Source of the DNA: a virus
Lineage: Duplodnaviria > Caudoviricetes
Reading direction: 5' to 3' (one strand)
Virus record (IMG/VR): IMGVR_UViG_3300028888_000059
Span: 1-64,000 of that record
Length of the DNA: 64,000 nt
Shown here one piece after another: positions 60,735-64,000 of this stretch. The notes beneath the pieces were generated by a model. That model did no database searches, had not been told where the DNA came from, and was given only the letters and a program-made list of their open reading frames with translations. The stretch's first letter is position 1. Each line of letters begins with the position of its first letter. A program made the translations under genes and the position numbers.

Positions 60735-61841
60735 TTACCCCAAATTTTCTATATATAAACTATACATATTGCTGATTCTTTTTATGCAAATAAATACTTG
60801 GTCGCCCTCGTCTGGTTGATTGATATAATTACTATAAATAAATAATGGTTGACTATCGTTTACTTGTACTTGTAATTCATAATAATTTTGTAACACAGTT
60901 GACCCGTAATCATAGCCATCTCTTCTTATCAGAGACATATTATATGCAATATTATCTTGCGTATAGAAAAATACTCTTTCATTAGAAGTAAAATTATATC
61001 CCCAGATTCTTATGCAAAAATCATCTGATTGAGTAAATCCAGTCCATCTAACATAACTTCCCGTTTCAGTTATATCAACGGCTGTATTTCCATAAACATA
61101 ATTCGGTGGATCAGGATAAGAACTTGAATCTATAATAACAACATTATTTGTCAGTGTAATCCAACCATTGCACGGGTCATTTGTCGCAAGAAAGCCTTGT
61201 TTTGAATATGGTTCATAATAATTAACAGAAAAATGTTTTTTACCTGTTGTTATTTGTGTGTTGTTTACAGTAACGCCATTCGCTTCTATATAATAATCAT
61301 TTGAATTTAATAAACCAGTGACTTCATACCTAATATTTACAGTTGCAGAAGCAATATATTGTGTGCCACTACTACTGATTAGTGTTTGAGTTTGGTCATA
61401 TAAATTAATAATATAGCTATATAATCTTTCATTTTCAATTTGACTATATGAAAAATGAAAAACGAAAGAGGATGTATCTATTACAGAACCCTCTGGTTCA
61501 TTATCCCATAAAAGAATAGGAGTGGTATAACAATAAAATGGTGCACCAGAACTTAATGCACTTCCAGCACTTTCATCTGTTATATCATCATTAACTCCAT
61601 ATGTTTTTACGTATGCAACATAGTAAATCCCATTTGTTAATGTATTTGCTGGAATAGTATGATTAAAATTATATGATTCCACTACATTATTATAAATGGG
61701 TGTTGTAATATCATTATTCCTATATACTATCAACCTGTTTGCCACAACTTGATCACCACCAGAAACGGAAAATGCAACAGTATAATCTAACGTTGCATCA
61801 AATGCTGGAATAGCATATAGTGAAGGTGTAGATAAAGCCAT
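60735..61841 (-). CDS. Structural protein with Ig/FN3-like domains
   Basis: Beta-rich, AFDA, GL.N...Y.I motifs. Confidence 0.55.
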   Translation of the reverse strand: MALSTPSLYAIPAFDATLDYTVAFSVSGGDQVVANRLIVYRNNDITTPIYNNVVESYNFNHTIPANTLTNGIYYVAYVKTYGVNDDITDESAGSALSSGAPFYCYTTPILLWDNEPEGSVIDTSSFVFHFSYSQIENERLYSYIINLYDQTQTLISSSGTQYIASATVNIRYEVTGLLNSNDYYIEANGVTVNNTQITTGKKHFSVNYYEPYSKQGFLATNDPCNGWITLTNNVVIIDSSSYPDPPNYVYGNTAVDITETGSYVRWTGFTQSDDFCIRIWGYNFTSNERVFFYTQDNIAYNMSLIRRDGYDYGSTVLQNYYELQVQVNDSQPLFIYSNYINQPDEGDQVFICIKRISNMYSLYIENLG

Positions 61842-61867
61842 CTATCTTATCCCCCTTTCTTTTTTAT

Positions 61868-62416
61868 TTAAATTCCCAATGCTGTTCTCCAAGCACTAGG
61901 ATCACTAATTTCAATTAAATTATTTCCAGATTTATCTATGAATAGACCTATCTTATTTTCATAATTTGTATTATTTATATTTTTAGTTGTTAAAATTTCT
62001 ATGCCATCATATCCTGTTGATAAAGAAACCGCTCTAATATATCCAACTTGTTCATTATTTACATCATTTATGCAAAGACCAATTCCATAAATATCGTTTT
62101 GTGGAGTTGATGTTGAATTTATAGTTTCATCAACTATATTTAAATTTTCTTTTATAACATTAAATGAACATGGAAGAATGAAAGCTTGACTATTTTGACC
62201 TTGCGGAGTAACAACTTGTACTGTGTCGCCCACAGAAAGTGATCTTGTTCTTGGATATGCTTTTAGAATATTTGTTTTACCTTTTACTAAAACAGAATAT
62301 CTGCCATCATTATTAATGGAGGTAATAATACCTCCATTAATATTTGTGGTTTTTTTCATAGCATTGTCAACAAGTATTTGTATGGCTTCAATTATTTGTT
62401 GTGCAGGATTATTCAT
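61868..62416 (-). CDS. Baseplate/spike-like protein
   Basis: IIEAIQILVD...G.I......Y.V...VGD.V.V..PQG OB-fold-like N-terminus. Confidence 0.5.
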   Translation of the reverse strand: MNNPAQQIIEAIQILVDNAMKKTTNINGGIITSINNDGRYSVLVKGKTNILKAYPRTRSLSVGDTVQVVTPQGQNSQAFILPCSFNVIKENLNIVDETINSTSTPQNDIYGIGLCINDVNNEQVGYIRAVSLSTGYDGIEILTTKNINNTNYENKIGLFIDKSGNNLIEISDPSAWRTALGI

Positions 62417-64000
62417 TTTCTCCTCGTAGTATATTGTAAAGCAAGAGTTTTAATGGAATCAACAAAAGATTCACCATTGGTAACATTAGGAAGGTTTAAA
62501 TCGCCATTGATATTAATAACTTGATTATTATTTTGATTATTTTTATAATTACCAACATAACCAGAAAATTCTTTATTAAGAAACTGTAATGGATCAGCAG
62601 CAAAATCAGTAAGTCGTTCTGTGTATTCATTTTTAATTACACCATATCCGGGTGTTGGAGCACTAATAACTGTACCATCTGGTGTAACCATTGCTTCAAT
62701 ACCATTTTCATTTACCATAAATGTTTTAGATTTTGTGGCGAGAGTACCAGAAGCAAAATTCCCCGGACCAAAATATATACCATCCATATAATATCCACCA
62801 GTGCTAGGATCGTATGTACCATTTTGTTGAACATAGTCAGAATAACTACCATCATAATATCCAGAACTGCCTCCACCAGATGAACTGCCTCCACTAGATG
62901 AACTGCCTCCTGATGATGATTCATCTTCTATTCTTTCATGTGTTACAGGATTTTCAAAGTAACTAGTCCCCCCTGTTGTTATGTAATCATATGGCCACCA
63001 TTCACCTTTTTCGGCATTATAATACTCCCATTGTCCATTATTGTTTCTTGAAGCGCCATTGGCGGGAGTATTGTCTTGTTGTTGTTGATTATTATCAGAT
63101 GAAGAAGATTGTTGTTGATTAGTAGAGGTGCCATCGACTTTTTGCAAATTACTTGGCCAAACAGCTGTTACTATAGTTCCATCTTCATTTTTTAATCTAA
63201 CCATTCCTTTTTTATAGCTTCCATCAGATGCATCTGAATTAGCTATATCTGCAACAGTCCAAACATAGTTGTCATCATAATAAGGAATAGACTTATTTAT
63301 CACTTTTACTTTTTCTCCAGACGAAAAATCTGAAGAAGTTAGTGAATCAGACATGACAATTTCTGGTTCATAATTAGGTGACTGATTATAAGCGGGAAAA
63401 GTATTTAATGTTTTTGATGTAGAAACAAGTTCCCAAGACCGCCATCCTAATCCTTCTAGGTAAAATTTTTTATTTTCTTTATCGATATCAGTGACTTTAT
63501 AATTTTCATCTGAATTATTATAAAGTCTAAAATGTCTTGTATATTTACCACCAAAGCTTGTATAATATATTTCACCAGCATAAACAGTATCTCCCACTTT
63601 GATACCATTTAACGATACCACCTCGGATGTTGATGATGTATCACTACCAGATGATGTATTTCCACTGCTTCCGCTCGATGTACTACTATTAGAACCACCA
63701 CTACCAGATGAAGTACCTCCACCACCTGATGAAGTGCCCCCACTACTACCACCACCACCTGTTGAATTAGTTGTACCATAACTCAATAAAGATGGATCTG
63801 TAGTGCCAGATTTATATAATGCAGAAGTAGGTACGGAATAATCTATTCCTCCATTTGGCCCTTGATTTGATATTTTCCAATATCCTTCGTTTTCATAATC
63901 AGGTTGAACTACCCAATGATCTAATCCTAAAAGTGGCCAATTAGGATTCGCATCTTGATATGCTTTGGTGACAGAGACTTTATCTCCAACTTGTGGTGTA
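62413..64000 (-). CDS. C-terminal part of a probable tape-measure protein (runs off the window)
   Basis: Frame stays open from 63787 to 64000; C-terminus FASGT...VNE.G.E...ININGDLNLPNV typical of tape measure proteins; Gly/Ser linkers. Confidence 0.65.
   Translation of the reverse strand, partial: TPQVGDKVSVTKAYQDANPNWPLLGLDHWVVQPDYENEGYWKISNQGPNGGIDYSVPTSALYKSGTTDPSLLSYGTTNSTGGGGSSGGTSSGGGGTSSGSGGSNSSTSSGSSGNTSSGSDTSSTSEVVSLNGIKVGDTVYAGEIYYTSFGGKYTRHFRLYNNSDENYKVTDIDKENKKFYLEGLGWRSWELVSTSKTLNTFPAYNQSPNYEPEIVMSDSLTSSDFSSGEKVKVINKSIPYYDDNYVWTVADIANSDASDGSYKKGMVRLKNEDGTIVTAVWPSNLQKVDGTSTNQQQSSSSDNNQQQQDNTPANGASRNNNGQWEYYNAEKGEWWPYDYITTGGTSYFENPVTHERIEDESSSGGSSSSGGSSSGGGSSGYYDGSYSDYVQQNGTYDPSTGGYYMDGIYFGPGNFASGTLATKSKTFMVNENGIEAMVTPDGTVISAPTPGYGVIKNEYTERLTDFAADPLQFLNKEFSGYVGNYKNNQNNNQVININGDLNLPNVTNGESFVDSIKTLALQYTTRRK
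62863..62910. repeat. 18-bp coding tandem repeat (SSSGGS)
   Basis: gaactgcctcc three times at 18-bp spacing. Confidence 0.8.

Noticed and set aside
776-63781. Numerous plus-strand ORFs from the six-frame track (other than 20493, 20780 and 21653)
   Set aside because: Antisense shadows of real minus-strand genes; F/I/L/Y-rich, with no RBS or recognisable motifs.
63787-64000. Intergenic gap upstream of ORF 62413..63786
   Set aside because: The frame has no stop up to the window edge, so the listed TTG start is internal to a longer gene.

Overview
Very AT-rich segment of a large tailed dsDNA phage, probably infecting an anaerobic Firmicute (sigma-A promoters, GGAGG RBS, NrdDG, ThyX, SPbeta-like replication block, M23-LysM lysin). 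Standard genetic code; almost all genes are on the minus strand. Layout: (1) 1-620 gene-free, possibly a genome end, with a perfect 20-bp hairpin and an exactly 11-bp-phased TTAAC array. (2) 635-20210 an early/host-takeover-like region of roughly 55-60 tiny ORFs in about 30 promoter-led cassettes. Each promoter is fused to a 14-bp palindrome (ATGACA-NN-TGTCAT), and six TATACTCAG-N19-27-CTGAGTATA inverted repeats each sit beside a terminator. (3) 20.5-43.9 kb auxiliary genes: PhoH, phosphoesterases, TMK, a TROVE-like/VWA (DUF2828-type) gene flanked by three covarying stem-loop RNAs, six tRNAs plus an anticodon-less two-T-loop tRNA mimic, a radical SAM gene preceded by three FETNSSS-motif genes, DNA MTases, a uracil permease, NrdDG, dUTPase, a free-standing splicing-dead intein-like gene and an SNF2-like helicase. 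(4) 43.9-54.4 kb replication genes. (5) 55.5-64 kb lysin and tail genes. Best candidates for undescribed systems: the Ro-like protein with Y-like RNAs, the operator/promoter cassette array with its inverted-repeat punctuation, and the radical SAM-FETNSSS operon. All product calls come from motif recognition by eye; no database search was run.
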